A stretch of 64,000 nt of DNA, from NCBI GenBank assembly GCA_951406725.2, contig OX597817.1:158596001-158660000 (forward strand). Direction: 5' to 3'. The notes beneath the pieces were generated by a model. The model did no database searches. It was not told the origin of the DNA and was given only the letters and a program-made list of their open reading frames with translations. The translations under genes and the position numbers were made by a program. The stretch is from Octopus vulgaris (lineage: Eukaryota). Within the stretch, counting starts at the first letter, position 1. Each line of letters begins with the position of its first letter. Positions 29,713 to 44,648 of the stretch are shown here, in pieces.

Positions 29713-31521
29713 CTTTACAACAAACCTTTGGTGTTTAATATATTTCAAGGAAACTTTTTTTCTACCAAAAAAGCAACATATTTCAAACAGTTTTTTCAAC
29801 CATTTGTCAGTATAAAATGGTGGGTGAGGTAAAATATCTAACAACTCAGTCGGCGAATGACCAGTTCAATCATACATACACCATGAAGGCAAGATAATGC
29901 AAATTATATAAGTAGTTTGTATGAATGTATAATACAGATTTTAGATCATCATTTGAGACTGAAACACTAAAAATAGGCGTCTTATTTTTATGTGCTTTTC
30001 GGATCATAATCAAAAATTTGAACAAAATTGAAATAGATATTTTGTTTAAGTAATTTTATTTTTCAGATAATTGAATGGATGTAGATCATATGTAAATACT
30101 AAACATCCCTATATCATCAACCATTTGAAAATAAATTTCATATGCGTTGATGAGTTTCGAATGAAAACATTTTTTCGTTGGCCCATTTCTTGTGGCCTTT
30201 TTCATCCAAATAAATAGATTATGAAATATTAGCTTGATCAAATGTGATGAAATAAACAATGGTCGAGAGGCTTTATTTTCAAAAATAACATCCTCTTGAT
30301 CAACGCCTATTTTCTTCTCCAGAAGGAGCACACTCATGTGTTTTGCACACGATATACAAAACGACAATGACTGTATATGTGTGTGCGCTCGTGATGTAGT
30401 GCATGTAATTGTTGTTTCAAATTATATATTTATGCCTGTATTTTGAAACGTAAATTTAAAACAATGAAATATGGATGAGTTATTCACATCCTTTTTCATG
30501 CTAAGGATGTTGTTTCTGGCTCAGTGCCTATAGGAAGAACATCCTTAGTAGATGAACCGAACTGAAAGACTTGCCATCTGGGTCAATAGCTTTTTAATCT
30601 TACATCGAGGTTAATAGCTGTTAACCTAACTAATATTTTCAGAAGCATCTATGAGTTAAAAATGCATTGTTATACTTCCAAAAAATAGAAGATAAATACA
30701 ATACTAGTTAATACTGTGGTAATATGAAATACGTTTCAAGTTGGAAGTGAAAAGAAAAAAGAAAAAAAAATCACTGGAAGTTACTGATAGTCATCGTTTT
30801 GTTTATTTTTAAATATATTTTAATGAAAACCGTATACACATTTGAGAATAATTAATTTCTTTACAAAATCAATAATAACAGAAAGAAAATTCAAATTCGT
30901 TATGAAGGAAGGTTTTCGTGTTCGTATTGATTAAACCACAAATGTTTAATTCGTAGAAAACATAACTACTTTCCAGTGAATATTTTTAAAACATTGCTCC
31001 ATCTATTATATTTGTTTAATCAAATATGCTATTTGAAAAAAGGTAAAAATAATGGCGTCATTTTATATTCAAAGTCTACAAAAATGGCGTCCACGATATT
31101 TTCAATTAATCCATCAAAAATACACCTAAAAGCTTATGTCGATACTTGCCATTTTCAGTTTCTGTATACTTAAAACACCATCTGTCCTTGTCAAAATATC
31201 ATCAAGGGACTAATAATAGTCCCTTATTAAACTCTTTCATGAACTTTCATTTCAGTGTAAGACAAATATATTTTATAAAACCATTTAAAATTTAAAAAAA
31301 AAGGAGAATTAAAAAAAATTAAAAATGCTAATTACCAAGAAAAAAATTTACTAGGATTTTCCGTAAATTTCAAGTTGATAAACAGCACAAAGAAGAAGAA
31401 AAAAGGCATTAAAACTTTACACTCCTGTACTTTTGCTTTTTATAGTTTATTCTGTAAATAAATATAATTTCAAATATCTGATTTGTTACTGATTTTCTTT
31501 TAAAACATTTTTAAAAATAAA

Positions 31522-31910
31522 CTTGTAGTATCGCCCGGCGTTGCTCGAGTTTGTCTCGACCCTTTAGAATTGGAATTTTTGAAAAGTAAAATTTTGCATT
31601 ATGTAGCCTGTTATTCTCTTTAAGTGAACATTTTTCTGGTTGAAATACACCGAAAAATGGCGACACAGCTGTCAAAAAATATTAAAAAATAGGGATTTTC
31701 ATAGAAAAAAAGCACCTTTTTGATGTAAAAAGTTTTTAGTTTTAACATGGTCCGATTTGAATTTTTTCTTCTACGGAATGAAGAGCAAGCCTTCTTCTAT
31801 CATACTCTCGATTTTGGTCAACTTGCGCCGCAGGGTCTCGGAGGAGATAGTGTTAGTTGAAGGCTACCAAACCTGCCATACACAGACAACTTCAGCTTTA
31901 TATATAAAGA
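31522..31910 (-). mobile_element. Non-autonomous Helitron, subfamily B
   Basis: Reverse complement of 53652-54027; shares the 3' end with subfamily A. Confidence 0.8.
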
Positions 31911-32919
31911 TTAGTCAGATCTTGTACAACAGACGTGATTTGAATGCCGCAAGAAGGAATTGCAAAACAGATTCTTCAAGCCGAGCCACACAGGAGGAGA
32001 CCTATGTGTAGACTAAGAACGTGATGGTTGGGTAAGATTTATAGTCTCAGTTTATCGCGCTTGGGATTCCAGCTAGAAAATCAAATGACATAGGACCTTA
32101 TGGATGAGGTGCGTGAGGACTATACTCCAACGATCTTCTTAGGAATAGTGAGCGGAGAAGATGGATGGATGGATGGATGGATGGACGGATGGACGGACGG
32201 ACGGACGGTCGGTCGGTCGGTCAGGGAATGAACGATAGCGATCATAGTTTGCGTTTCCTCTCCCTTCGACTAGCAAAACTAATGCGACTGATGGTTAATC
32301 TACACACCTGAATGGAAAATAAGATCTGTGTGAATGCTTGTGGCTGAGAGAACTTGGCTAAAAGAATTCAAAGAAAACCGAGTGGTAGTGTTACACAGTG
32401 TGGAATATCAAACACACGATTCGGTTTTGTTTGTCGTTGATTAAGTGGAGCAATGGATCAGTACAACGTTTTCGACCACAAACATTGATTTCTTTTCATT
32501 TGACATAGAAGCTATGTTTTTGAGTTGGATGAAGAACAGGTAAATTGTGGTGTCCATTTACTTTTCTGTTATGAACTGCGAGAAGTGAAATGACGAAAGT
32601 ATTGCTCCTCTACTCCATTTCATTTTTCCTGCACATATAAAGTTTATTACATAACATACGAAAAATAAGTAACATTAAGTAAAATAACAATATAGAATAC
32701 TTAACTGTAACTAGGCTTAATCCTTTAATCTGTGCTTTGTATGGATGATTAATACAGACGAAAGAAAATCCTTTACAAAAATATTATACGCGGCACTAAA
32801 CTTTGACTGGATTTGAACATTTACCCTATGAATAATAGAAAGTAATTTTTTCGATTTGACTTCAATGTGTCTCTAACTTCCCGAAACCCGAACTCAAAAA
32901 TGACACATTTATAATTCAA

Positions 32920-33304
32920 CTAGCAGTATCGCCCGGCGTTGCTCAGGTTTGTAAGGGAAATAACTATAAAGCATTTTTAGAGAGTTATAGCCAAAAATTA
33001 GCAAAAAAATGGAAAAAAATGATGGTAAATTTATTTTTGAGATTTAAAAATGGTGGAGTTGCGTCCCCTAGACAGTTTGCGGTTTGTGTTTCTCATTCTC
33101 GACCCCATGTCGAATTTATCGATTTTTTTCAGAACTGGGGGAACTTTTCAAAATTTTCGCTGCGTTAGTTTTGAATTATGACATTGGGCTATGTGTGTGT
33201 CAAGTTTCATCAGAATCGGTTGAAAGCCGTGGTCAGGGTGAGGGTACAAGCAAACAGACACACAGAAACACGCACAGACAAACTGCCGTTTATATAGAGA
33301 GAGA
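32920..33304 (-). mobile_element. Non-autonomous Helitron, subfamily A
   Basis: Reverse-complement copy of 10561-10947. Confidence 0.85.
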
Positions 33305-36300
33305 TGACGGATGGGCCCTAGAAAATTGTTCAACTACCAAATTAATACTTTTAATGTGTGATCTGTATGGCTTTCTCATTCATTATTAATGAACAAAAAA
33401 TAAAGTTTCAGAAATTCAACAATTAATCTGACTTTAGCATCGATGTGGCAGATGTTAAAGCAAAATTCTGCAGTCACAGCCGATCCCGGACTCGTTGAGA
33501 AAACTACTGAATCTACTACGCATTATGTAATCGATTGGTATTGGTGTATTCGAGGACATCAATCTGCAGGTATTTGCTGACAATTCGTCCAAGGACTTTG
33601 GTTGTTTCTCAAAAAATATTCTTCGCTTCAATCGACTAGGATCCAAACCCAGACTAGATAGATTAACCTTATCGAATTCTACCGGGATACCTGTATACCG
33701 ATTCATACAATTATGATCCATACACTTATGAAAAACACGTATTTCATAAGATTAGGCGTGAAAATCAAATAGCTTATTGAACTCGACCTGGGTTACCATC
33801 CGATAGGCACCTAAAACTATGAATTGTAGCTTCCTTCAGTCGTGGTATGTTCCTATACAATGAATGGCGGTCTGGCCACGTAAACAAAGTCGAGAAGGAG
33901 AAACGGGAATACGTATCCACTGGTCAGAAATTCGTCCGGGGTTCATCATTTTAGAAGGAATTATGGTGTGTGCTGCGTCGGGGTCACCATTTTAGATGGT
34001 ATTTGTATCAGGGTTGTGGAGTCATATAAAGGTTGACTCCTTCTGAAGGCTGTAATATCATTTGATAGGAACACGGTACAAAGAAATGCATAGAACAAGG
34101 CTGTAACTTTAAATACCTTTAATTTCGGCCTCACACATATATATATATAAAGCTGAATGATAAATGGAAAGAGTTTGATGTGTGGAGGCCATGATCTTCT
34201 TCTGTACGTTACCTCATGTCTGCTAGTCGCCGCATCTCATAAGAAAGCCAACTAGATCATGTTCCTGCTCTCCGACGCCTAGATGCCAAAAGAGGATGTT
34301 GCAAGGCCTCGTGTCAGAATTTCACCGCTGCTTGTGCCATCTTGCATGAGCTTGTTTAAACCCGCTGTCGAAGGAGGTAACTGCGCCTATAAGGTCTACC
34401 TCAGAAACCTAGGCACATTCTTTATTCTGCGACTTTGGCTAACTACAACATTTCACAAAGACAGCTTTAATTGCTGTAGTGGTGTGGGGATAGTCTATGT
34501 TTGCTTATGCTAAGACATAATTTGAAGGGTTTCAGTCAATCATATTCCCAGGACCTATTTTTAAGTATGCTATTTACTTAGTGATCTCTGTTTGTCCTGC
34601 TGGTAAGTTATGGAACATAGACAAAGACACTGTATTTTTAAGAGTGTCAATGTAAAAATAGACATAGAGACAGACATAACAAACCCTTGCGTACAGGAGT
34701 GGCTGTGTGGTAAGTAGCTTGTTTACCAACCACATGGCTCCGGGTTCAGTCCCACTGCGTGGCACCTTGGGCAAGTGTCTTCTACTATAGCCTTGGGCTG
34801 ACCAAAGTCTTGTGAGTGGATTTGGTAGACGGAAACTGAAAGAAGCCCGTCGTATATATGTATATATATATGCGTGTGTTTGTTTGTCCCCCTAGCATTG
34901 CTTGACAACCGATGCTAGGGTGTTTATGTCCCCATTACTTAGCGGTTCGGCAAAAGAGACCAATAGAATAAGTACTGGGCTTACAAAAGAATAAGTCCTG
35001 GGGTCGAGTTGCTCGATTAAAGGCGGTGCTCCAGCATGGCTGCAGTCAAATGACTGAAACAAGTAAAAGAGTAAAGAGTAATATATCATAATCCTGGCAG
35101 AGATTAGAATGGTTGTCACAGTCAAAGCCATTTCTTATTGTTGAGGCGCATGGCTTAGTGGTCAGGATGTTGGATTCATAATCGTAAGATTGTGGTTTCA
35201 GTTCATGGACTAAGCGATGCGTTGTGTTCTTGAGCAAAACGCTTCATTCAATTCACAATTCTAGTCTACTCAACTGGCATAAATAAATAATTCGGTGACG
35301 GATTGGTGGAATATATGCGACACGGAAACCGGCACTAAGAGTCTACATGACTTGGGGAGGAACTATGCCATTTCTTATAGGTTGCTATTCCCACCGACTA
35401 TGCTCAGACATGTAATTTGGCTTGGTTTCCCTGATAGGATGCTTTTTCTGTCACCAATAACTTCACAAAGTGTACTGGCTCCATGTGGGATCAGCCCCTC
35501 TGCTTGGCACCTTTGGCAAGTGTCTTCTACACTAGCCTCGGGCCAACCAAAGCCTTGTGAGAGGGATTTGGTAGATGGAAACTGAAAGAAGCTTGTATAT
35601 TATATGCGTGTGTGTTTGGTCCAACACCACCACACTGTTTAACAACCGGTGTTGGTGTAATTGTGTCCCCGTAACTTAGTGGTTTGGTAAAAGAAACCGA
35701 TAGCATAAGTACCAGGCTTAAAAAAATAAGTACTAAGGTTGACTCATTTGACTAAAATTCCTCAAGGTGCCCCAGCATAGCCACAGTCTAAAGACTGAAA
35801 CAAGTAAAAGATAACCTTACACTATCTCTATTGATTTGCCAACCACTTTACAGTATGTTCTGGGTGCATTTTTCATGGCATCAGTACCAGATCAGTTGTG
35901 TTGCTCACCTACCATTGTAAAGAGTTCAATTATTAGACCAGCAGAGGAAACAGGTGTCTCGTACACAATAAATGCAGAGAAAACTTAGTAACATTAGACA
36001 TCAAGATCAAGAAGGGAAACAACAGAAGAAGGAATGACAACAGGAAGGTGAGAAATAAATGGTTGTGAGGTGGAAGCAAGGGGCTAAGCTTCAAGGTGAC
36101 TCAGTAACCTAGGACTTGCACACTTATTTGAGTGGCTGATTAAGGGAATATAAGAGTCCACACATATGAATATAGGTTTCTGCAGTTTCCATTTATCAAT
36201 TTATCTCACAAAAGAGATAGTGGAAAATGTGTCCATAGAACCACTGGCTCAGGAATGAAACTTGCTTGCGGGGTTCAAACCCAGGTCTGAAAATTTTTTT

Positions 36301-36559
36301 ACAAACAAGGTTTTTTTGTTTTTTAATTAATTTATTTTTGTTCTTTGTGAAGAAACATAACCGTGAGCTACTTTTTACAGATCACTTTTTATTCAGTTTT
36401 CTAAACCTACAAAAAGTAAGTAGGGGTGCAAATTTTGATTTTCCACCCCACAAAAATTCTAAGGGATGCACTTGCACATCCTGGCCCATGCATTGAACAG
36501 AGAAACATCTGCACCAATTTTTTTGTGACAAATGTATAATCCTTACAAAACTACCCATC

Positions 36560-37110
36560 ATACATTAGTGGAAGAAATTGGACATTAGAATTCAATATAA
36601 TACAAGATGTTAATCAATTCTATCTTCTGGAAGACAAAGTTCCACATCTACAAAGTATCTGTCTTCTCCATTCTCCTCTATGGAGCAAAAACATGCCTCC
36701 TCATGAAGACCCTGGCAAAAAAGTTTCAACTTCTTTGATAGCAGAGCCCTGAAAACCATCAAAAACATCAAATGGCACCATCATGTTTCCAACAATGAAC
36801 TGCATGCACATACACATCAGCCCACAGCCTCCCATCTCATAGCCATGCACCACACATGCTAGTATGGATATGTCCTCCATCTCCTGCCAGAGCATCTTAT
36901 CGGGGCTTTAGTCTTGTTCGATGCAGCAGCTGTGGGCTGGAGGAAACCCTGTGGCAGGCCTCGCACCAGATGGTTGGACATGATTAAGGAAGATCTCCAA
37001 AGGCTCAACATCATCTTGGAGGATGCAGAAGGGCTGGCATGGGACCGCCAGTGATGAAAAGCACCGGTGGACCTGGTCAGCTCTATGCCTGATGTCACCT
37101 CTGAAACCAC
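36560..37110 (+). mobile_element. Degenerate RTE-clade LINE 3' fragment
   Basis: Frameshifted TKFHIYKVSVFSILLYGAKT and GWRKPCGRPRTRWLDMIKEDLQRLNI. Confidence 0.65.
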
Positions 37111-37497
37111 TAACCTGGGATGACTCCAGTCCTTTCAAACAAGAGCATGAATGAGCAAGCAATCAAGTGCCATAATAGTGGGACCAAACTGAAGATGATG
37201 TCATCATCATCATCATCATTTAACGTCCGATTTCCATGCTAGCATGGGTTGGATGGTTTGGCAGTGTTTCTACAGCTGGATGCCCGTCCTAATGCCAACC
37301 ACTCTGTGGGTGCTTTTTACGTGTCACTGGCACATGCCAAACAAACTTCTTAACTATGAGATCATGCTTGTGTCTTAAATCTAATAACATTGATAAAAAA
37401 TAAAAACGAAAATGCGAATCAGAAAGAAAAGTTTAGAAAATATTTAATTTCATATGTAGTTAGAATTCATGATTTTAGAAAAAAAGTTTATAAATAT

Positions 37498-37503
37498 TTT
37501 ATT
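37498..37503 (-). promoter_or_regulatory. Putative archease polyadenylation signal
   Basis: AATAAA on - about 65 nt after the stop codon. Confidence 0.5.
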
Positions 37504-37566
37504 AGCAGTTCAACAAGGACAATAGAAAAAAGTTTCTTGTATAGGTGAGTAAGGATTAAAATTCTA

Positions 37567-37656
37567 TTAAATATCAATTATTACAAATATATCATTATCT
37601 TCAACTTTATCATGAATTTGCATGTTGGAATAGGTGATGGCTTTTACTTCCGTTCC
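37567..37656 (-). CDS. ZBTB8OS: Archease exon 9 (GTEVKAITYSNMQIHDKVEDNDIFVIIDI*)
   Basis: ctttacag| acceptor; GTEVKAITY and terminal IIDI motifs; TAA stop. Confidence 0.97.
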   Translation of the reverse strand, partial: GTEVKAITYSNMQIHDKVEDNDIFVIIDI

Positions 37657-38939
37657 CTGTAAAGGTCGAGAAAAACAACAATTAGTCATAAAAAAACCCA
37701 ATTATGAATAGAATGACATCATCATCATAATTTAATGTCTGTGTGTCATACTAGCATGGGCTGGACAGGTTGAATGGATCTGATGGGTCTAAGGACTGCA
37801 TTGTGCTCCAGTGTCTACTTTGGCATGGTTTCTACAGTTTGATGCCCTTTCTAATGGCAACCACTTTACACTGTGTACTGGGTGCCTTTTATCATGCCAC
37901 CAGCATTAAAGAGGATGCTACTACACAGCTTGCGAGACCACAAAATCCAAACAGGTGGTGGTGGTAGGAGCTGCATTTGTGAGGAGATGAGGGTTAAGGA
38001 GGGGGAAAGCATGTTCTTGTAGAGGAGCTACAAGGTTACTCACCTTTAGGAGAGAGAGAGAGTGAGAATGACATGCAAGCATCATTTTCATCCGAGCATG
38101 ATCGTTGCCAGAGCAGCCAACTGGCTTCGGTGCTGGTGGCATGTAATAGGGCACCATTCGAGCATGATCGTTACCAACATCGCCTTACTGGCACCTGTGC
38201 TGGTGGCATGTGTAAAAAGATGCGAGCGAGGACATGGCCAGTACCACCTGACTGGCCCCGTGCTGGTGGCACATAAAAAGCACCCACTACACTCTCGGAG
38301 TGGTTGGCATTAGGAAGGGCATCCGGCTGTAGAAACTCTGCCAGATCAGATTGGAGTCTGGTGCAGCCATCTGGTTTGCCAGCCCTCAGTCAAAATCGTC
38401 CAACCCATGCTAGCATGGAAAGCGGACGTTAAACGATGATGATGATGATGATGTGAAAAAGAAGTGATGATGATAATCATAACCTGGATTGATTTAAAGC
38501 ACCATGGATGATCCTTGTAATTATTTCTCACCTGGGTTTTCTTGACTCATATGAAAGGCAAGGATGGTATGTCTGAGAGATGTAATTGGATATAGAAGTT
38601 GTGAAAAGATTTAGCAATACTAGAAACAAAAGCTTTAATGGGCCTTGCTCCATTTGAAGGCATGATGGATGATCATTGTCATCTTGTAGTGTTCTTCGCC
38701 TTGTCATACTATCCTTCCGTTCTCCACACTAGGGTGACGCATGAGACTTGCCAGCCTAATCATCAACAGTGTGACCGTGAAACAAGTAATACTAACTGGT
38801 TTACATGAGTATACACACACACACATACACACATGTAGTAGTACCACTATCACAACTACTACAAGCATCAGTATTGCTACCATCACTACTACCACTACTA
38901 CAACTAGAGTCATCCTTTGTGTCCAATGGCATCACTTTA

Positions 38940-39330
38940 TCTCCAACAATTTGGTGCGACACCAGTGTAAAATCACCTCCCTCCGACAAGTCATCCTAAC
39001 GAGACGTCTGCATTGGCTGGTCATGCCCTCCGTCGTCAACCAGGAGAATTCATCTACGAAGCAATTGCCCCAGCTCCCCCTCCGGGTTGGCGAAAGCGAT
39101 GTGGTGGACAACGAAAATCCTGGCTGATGACAGTCAAGGCTGATCTGGAACCCAACCTAGTCCCCCATATCTACGGCGTTCGCTGCTGGAATAAGGAGTG
39201 GTTGGAGATCATGTGGTTGTTAGCCTCAAATCGCCAGGCCTGGTCGGTGTTTGTGAGAGATGCAGCATTGAGGATGAATGAAGCCAGATCAACTCACCCC
39301 TGGTTAATGCTGTCTCAAGAAAAAAGAAAA
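38940..39330 (+). mobile_element. Degenerate RTE-clade LINE 3' fragment
   Basis: RRLHW/AGHALRR...WRKRCGGQRKSWLMTVKADLE. Confidence 0.65.
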
Positions 39331-40063
39331 AGAACTAGAACCACCACAACCACCACCAACACCACTACAACATAGCCATGCCTTACCACAATTTTAGCTA
39401 CCATCCAGAACCATCATGACTTACTACTGCGGTAGCTACCATCAACTATTATTATATGTCCACACCATCAGGACCAACCATTCACTATCCTTATATATCC
39501 ATACCATCTTCATTTACTACTACTCAAACTACTACCATTCACTACCTTCTGATACCCATACTATCTTTATCTACCACGATTCTGGCTACCATCCATATGT
39601 CCAAACTACCTCTAATCAGTCACTCAACCTCCTAAAAATAACTGCCATATCTCCCACATTTTGGACCCAACTGAATTAAATAGGGCCCACTAGATAATGT
39701 AATTCTGGTTAAAAAATAAAAAAAAGAAGGGAAGTCATGGCTGGAATCTCTTTTAATACAGGTCTGTTGCTACTGCATAATGATTGAGACGGAGCTAAAG
39801 AACAACTTCTACAATAAGCAGCCACTACATAGTTACCCCTGTGGCAAAAAACAAGAGCTGATTCTCCCTCAAATTCTACCCTGCCATATCGAGAATGAAG
39901 GACACTGAAATGGCTTTGATCATAGGTCTATTTGATCAATATTGACCTAGAGTTAAACAACAATAGCTCTACATTACACTCAGTTTACCTAAACAAGCAG
40001 TTGTACCCCTAAATTTTGTTGTTTTACATTCAACTCATTGTCTTTCTTTCACCTTGTCCTTAC

Positions 40064-40100
40064 CTGAGGATGCTTGTCAAGATCGAATTCTTCACCATAC
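40064..40100 (-). CDS. ZBTB8OS: Archease exon 8 (GYGEEFDLDKHPQ)
   Basis: ttgcag|...CAG|gtaagg; 37 nt; GExFxLxKHPQ motif. Confidence 0.95.
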
Positions 40101-40984
40101 CTGCAATAATATAAAAAGAAATATGAGGAAAACATTATAAATTCATGTTTAAAAAAAACACATTATATTGAAATGAGTAGCAATGATTGATAAAGTTTTA
40201 TGTTAAGGAGAAAGTCAATAGAGTATGAGTTTACTATAGTGTAATGTTTTTATTGCAAGATATATATATTGTGCCGGTGGGATGTAAAAAGAACCATCTG
40301 ATCGTGGCCGTTGCCAGCCCTGTCTGGCCTCTATGCCGGTGGCACGTAAAAAGCACTTCCTATCGTGACCATTGTCAGCCTCGTCTGGCACCTGTGCCGG
40401 TGGCATGTAAAAAGCACTCACTACACTCACGGAGTGGTTGGCGTTAGGAAGGGCATCCAGCTGTAGAAATACTGCCAGATCAGACTGGGCCTGGTGTAGC
40501 CTTCTGGCTTCCCAGACCCCAGTTGAACCATCCAACCAATGCTAGCATGGAAAGCGGACGTTAAACGATGATGATGATGATGATGATATATCATAGTGTG
40601 TGATTTGCTATAGAATGTGAGCAAATACTGATAAATGGTAGATGCAGTGATACACTGCAATGGTACATGTCCCCATACCTGATCTGATAGGTTTATTCTA
40701 ATACTATGTTTGTTATAGCAAAAAGATCTTTATAGTATGTAATTTATTATCATGTGAAGCTTTTTAGTATTGTCTGAATTTTTCCATAGTATAAGGCATG
40801 TTAGAGTAATGGGTTTCATATATAGTGAGGTTTGTCAAAGTGGGAAATTGATTAGAGAGAGAGTTATTAGTAACAAAGGTCTTTAGCTGTGATCCATAGC
40901 ACTTTTACACATAGACCTACAGAACTGATAAAAATCAGATTTATGGTTTTATTCAACAGCGAGTTATAAAAAAAGTTAACTTAC

Positions 40985-41037
40985 CCTTCTGCATGTATAG
41001 TTAAATTTTCTAAATCAAATTCTAATATTTTCACTTT
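40985..41037 (-). CDS. ZBTB8OS: Archease exon 7 (KVKILEFDLENLTIHAEG)
   Basis: ttgcag|...|gtaagt; 53 nt; phases fit both neighbours. Confidence 0.92.
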
Positions 41038-41954
41038 CTGCAAGAAATTAAAAGTTAGAGAGAAAAATCAGCATTCAGTTAAAATTCGAAAGTTTTGGTG
41101 TTTGAAGTAGTGACTAATTTTTTTCTTGAGCCTTAGGACTCACAAGATCAGTTACCCAGCTTCTGTGACTAATAAGTAACTGAGATCACAACATCACCCC
41201 TAAATGGGATGCCAGTCTGTTGCAGGGTTTAAGGCCAGCAATTCTGAGGGGAAGGGACAAGTTGATTATATTCATCCCAGTACTTGACTAGTATTCCATT
41301 TTATTGACTGACCCTGAAGGGGTGAAAGGTAAAGTTGACCTTGGTGCCATTTGAACTCAGAATGTAAAGAGCCAGAAAAAATGCCACCAAGCATTTTGTC
41401 GGCAACTCATTACCTTAGTGGTTAAATGGTACTAAAGTAATAAGATACCATCTGGAAGAAGGTTATGAGATATCAAGAAAGAGCATGAACATCTAGAGAG
41501 AGACAAATTGCATTGGAGCTATTCTTATCACGTCTCTACTGCCTAAATATACCCACTTAACTCCATCTTCTCAATGAAAGAAGCCAGTAATACAAAAGTT
41601 CTAGTCTCCTCATGCCATTTGTTAGCATCAGAACAGTGAATCTTTCAAAACTGCCATACTTCCCAAAATTCATCAACATCATTCCTAATGTACCTATGCC
41701 TCCTTTTCTCTTCATGGTTCTTTTACTGTTTACTTTGCATTCTATATTAAATAATTCCTGGCTAGGATGAATGTGGTTGTTTGATAAACTCATGTGACTT
41801 ACAGTTGTTACGATAATGATAATAAATGCATCAAAATTTTTAATGAGGAGAATGATAACAATGGCATTCATTAGGTTCAAACAGGATAAATATCTCTTCT
41901 TTATCACAATCCAGACAGAGATTAAAAAAAATAAAAATGAAAAAATTTTAATGA

Positions 41955-42170
41955 AATTATTGTATACAGTGCTCAGGTGCACCACAACTTGTCAAAAGTA
42001 TGTATAAAGTACATGCAGTAATGTACAAATGTCTGGAAGGTGAACAGTGTATGAGTCAGATACATGCTTGCATGTGTATGGAGGGGAGAAAATCAGGTGT
42101 AGTATTGGCGAATCTCAGGAAGCATGGAAGTTTTGAAGGATGCAGTGCTCTGACAACTAACAACTGAGGC
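41955..42170 (-). mobile_element. CR1/L2-like LINE 3' tail relic; shorter copy at about 2880-2935
   Basis: Shared ggtgcacctgagcactgta(t/c)acaat terminus. Confidence 0.45.
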
Positions 42171-42203
42171 AAGTAAACAATTAAAAACAAGTATTCTACT
42201 TAC

Positions 42204-42286
42204 TCGCACTATAAAGAAAGGTTCAGCACAGAATAGGAATAAGAATTCATCCAAGAAATGATATAAGAGCCCCAGTAAATCATCAC
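42204..42286 (-). CDS. ZBTB8OS: Archease exon 6 (GDDLLGLLYHFLDEFLFLFCAEPFFIVR)
   Basis: tttcag|...|gtaagt; 83 nt; LLxHFLDExL motif. Confidence 0.95.
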
Positions 42287-44269
42287 CTGAAACAAAAATC
42301 AAGGTTATAAACATACTTGTAACAGGATGAAAGGTTTGTAACACTGGATGGGTGCAGCTCCCATCCTTTACATTAAATTATTAATCGAAGGAAAACCAAG
42401 ACTTCCGAATAACTTCTACAGCATGAATATTTTATTTCTGGATTTGCAATATATACGTTCTTCTTCTGGGCGAATCGGTAGCCTAGGAGCTCATCACAGT
42501 AGTCAAGTGGAGTGAGCAAAAGGCGTCACTACATACTTATACACACACACACACACTCACAGAGTTTATACTTTGTGACTGATAAAAACTTTAATTTTTA
42601 TAAGTTAGTCAAGGGAGGAAGCCCTGCTCTGCACTGATAATTCTACTACTACGACTACAAACTAAATAATTAATCTGAATTGAAGAGTTACCGATTTTAA
42701 TGGCATAAAAGACACACAGGCACATTAGATGCACCTCAATTTCGGTAACGCATATTCAGGAGAAAAGTGGGGTTTTAATGCATTACCACATGTAATATAG
42801 GACCAGGGTTAATTTTTGAAACATATATTTTTCAAAAGTGTGCGTATTATATGCTATCACATACGATAGTTATCAGGAACTGGAAATGAAATTTGGTGAG
42901 AAGAAATGTACTTAAACCTGTATGTTAAAACTTCATGCATAAAAATGACTAGAAGGGAGATAACTCATCGTAACAACCAGCTGAAGAAATAAGTACAACT
43001 CCAATAATTATATATTCAAATTCCGTCGAGGTCGACTTAGAATTCATCCTTTCGTCGTCGATAAATTAAGTACCAGTTGTGTACTGGGGTAGAGCTAATT
43101 AACTGGCCTCCTCCCCCCAAATTTCGGGTCTTGTGCCAAAAGTAGAAAAGAATAATTATATATTCAAAGTATTTGGTCCAGTTGTAAAACTGACCAGAGA
43201 ATAGAAATATGTTTAAATTGATAAATTTAACCAACCCATAGCTTGTAGAAAGAGGTATCATAAATATTTTCTTTGTTTTTTTTCTTCTTATATTTGTTTT
43301 TGTTGAGTGATTCTGTCAATCCAAATATTTATGTAGCACGTAAAAAGCACCCACTACACTCATGGAGTGGTTGGCGTTAGGAAGGTCATCCAGCTGTAGA
43401 AACTCTGCCAGATCAGATTGGAGTCTGGTGCAGCCATCTGGTTTGCCAGACCTCAGTCAAATCGTCCAACCCATGCCAGCAGGGAACGTGGACGTTAAAC
43501 GATGATGATGATGATGAAGCTCCAGTTTTAATTTTCTGTAGTTTGTATGTTCACCTTTTTTTACAATCCAGACATAAACTTATTAAAAAAAACTTTTATT
43601 TTATTAAATCTCTCTAAATTTTTGATTATTTTCAAGACTAACTGAGACACGTAGGACTGTAAATTTCATTAAAATTATGGTAAAAAAAAGGGTCTCTTTG
43701 TAGCTCTGTGCCCATATTAGAAATATGATTGCTATCATTCCTTGTGCCAAACAAAGACAGAGGAATCTTGATGTGATTGTTTTACCTAGAAATAGCAGTG
43801 AAATCTATCTCAAATCAATAACATACAAAAAAGAAATAATAATAAAATTGCATTCTACTATCTTAAAAAAAAGGACACACTGAATGATACAATCCAAGAT
43901 ACACTATTCCTGAAAAGAAAACACGATGATCATGGCTTGAATGTTTTTATCAGAGGTCTGCTTAACCAGGATCGACCTAGGGCTATAAAATAATAACACA
44001 CACTGGCAAAATTTAGGGTTGTAAGTAATTCTGGTAAAGAAGATACTATTATAAGGTGCAACACAGAAGCTTGTCAACCAATCCAGGATGATTTATAGCC
44101 ATACAAGTGATAGCAGATGGTAGAATCAGTAATAAGCCAGAGATAATAGTCATTTTAGTGGTATTTAGTTACATCCTGTTACGTTTTGAATTCAGATCCC
44201 ACTGCAAGTGATTTTCCTATTCATCGTCCTTTCTAGGTTTATTATTGTGTTGAGTCAAAAATTCTGCAA

Positions 44270-44648
44270 TAAAAGCACTATCCGAATCGTGGCTGATGCC
44301 AGCGCCGCTTCGACTGGCTTCCGTGTCAGTGGCACGTAAAAAGCACCATCCAAATCATGGCCGAAGCCAGTGCCGCCTCGACTGGCTTCCGTGCAGGTGG
44401 CACGTAAAATGCACCAATCCGACCGTGGCCAATGCCAGCCTCGCCTGGCACCAGTGCAGGTGGCACGTAAAAAGCACCCACTACACTCTCGGAGTGGTTG
44501 GCGTTAGGAAGGGCATCCAGCTGTAGAAACTTTGCCAGATAAGACCGTAGCCTGGTGCAGCCTTCTGGCTTCCCAGATCCCCGGTCGAACCATCCAACCC
44601 ATGCTAGCATGGAGAACAGACGTTAAACGATGATGATGATGATGATGA
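44270..44648 (+). mobile_element. SINE/retro-element family D with internal gtggcacgtaaaaagcacc repeats and (GAT)n tail; further copies at about 38085-38452, 40270-40586, 43335-43517, 53150-53510(-), 59980-60300(-)
   Basis: Shared aggaagggcatccagctgtagaaac...ggacgttaaacgatgatgat 3' end. Confidence 0.8.
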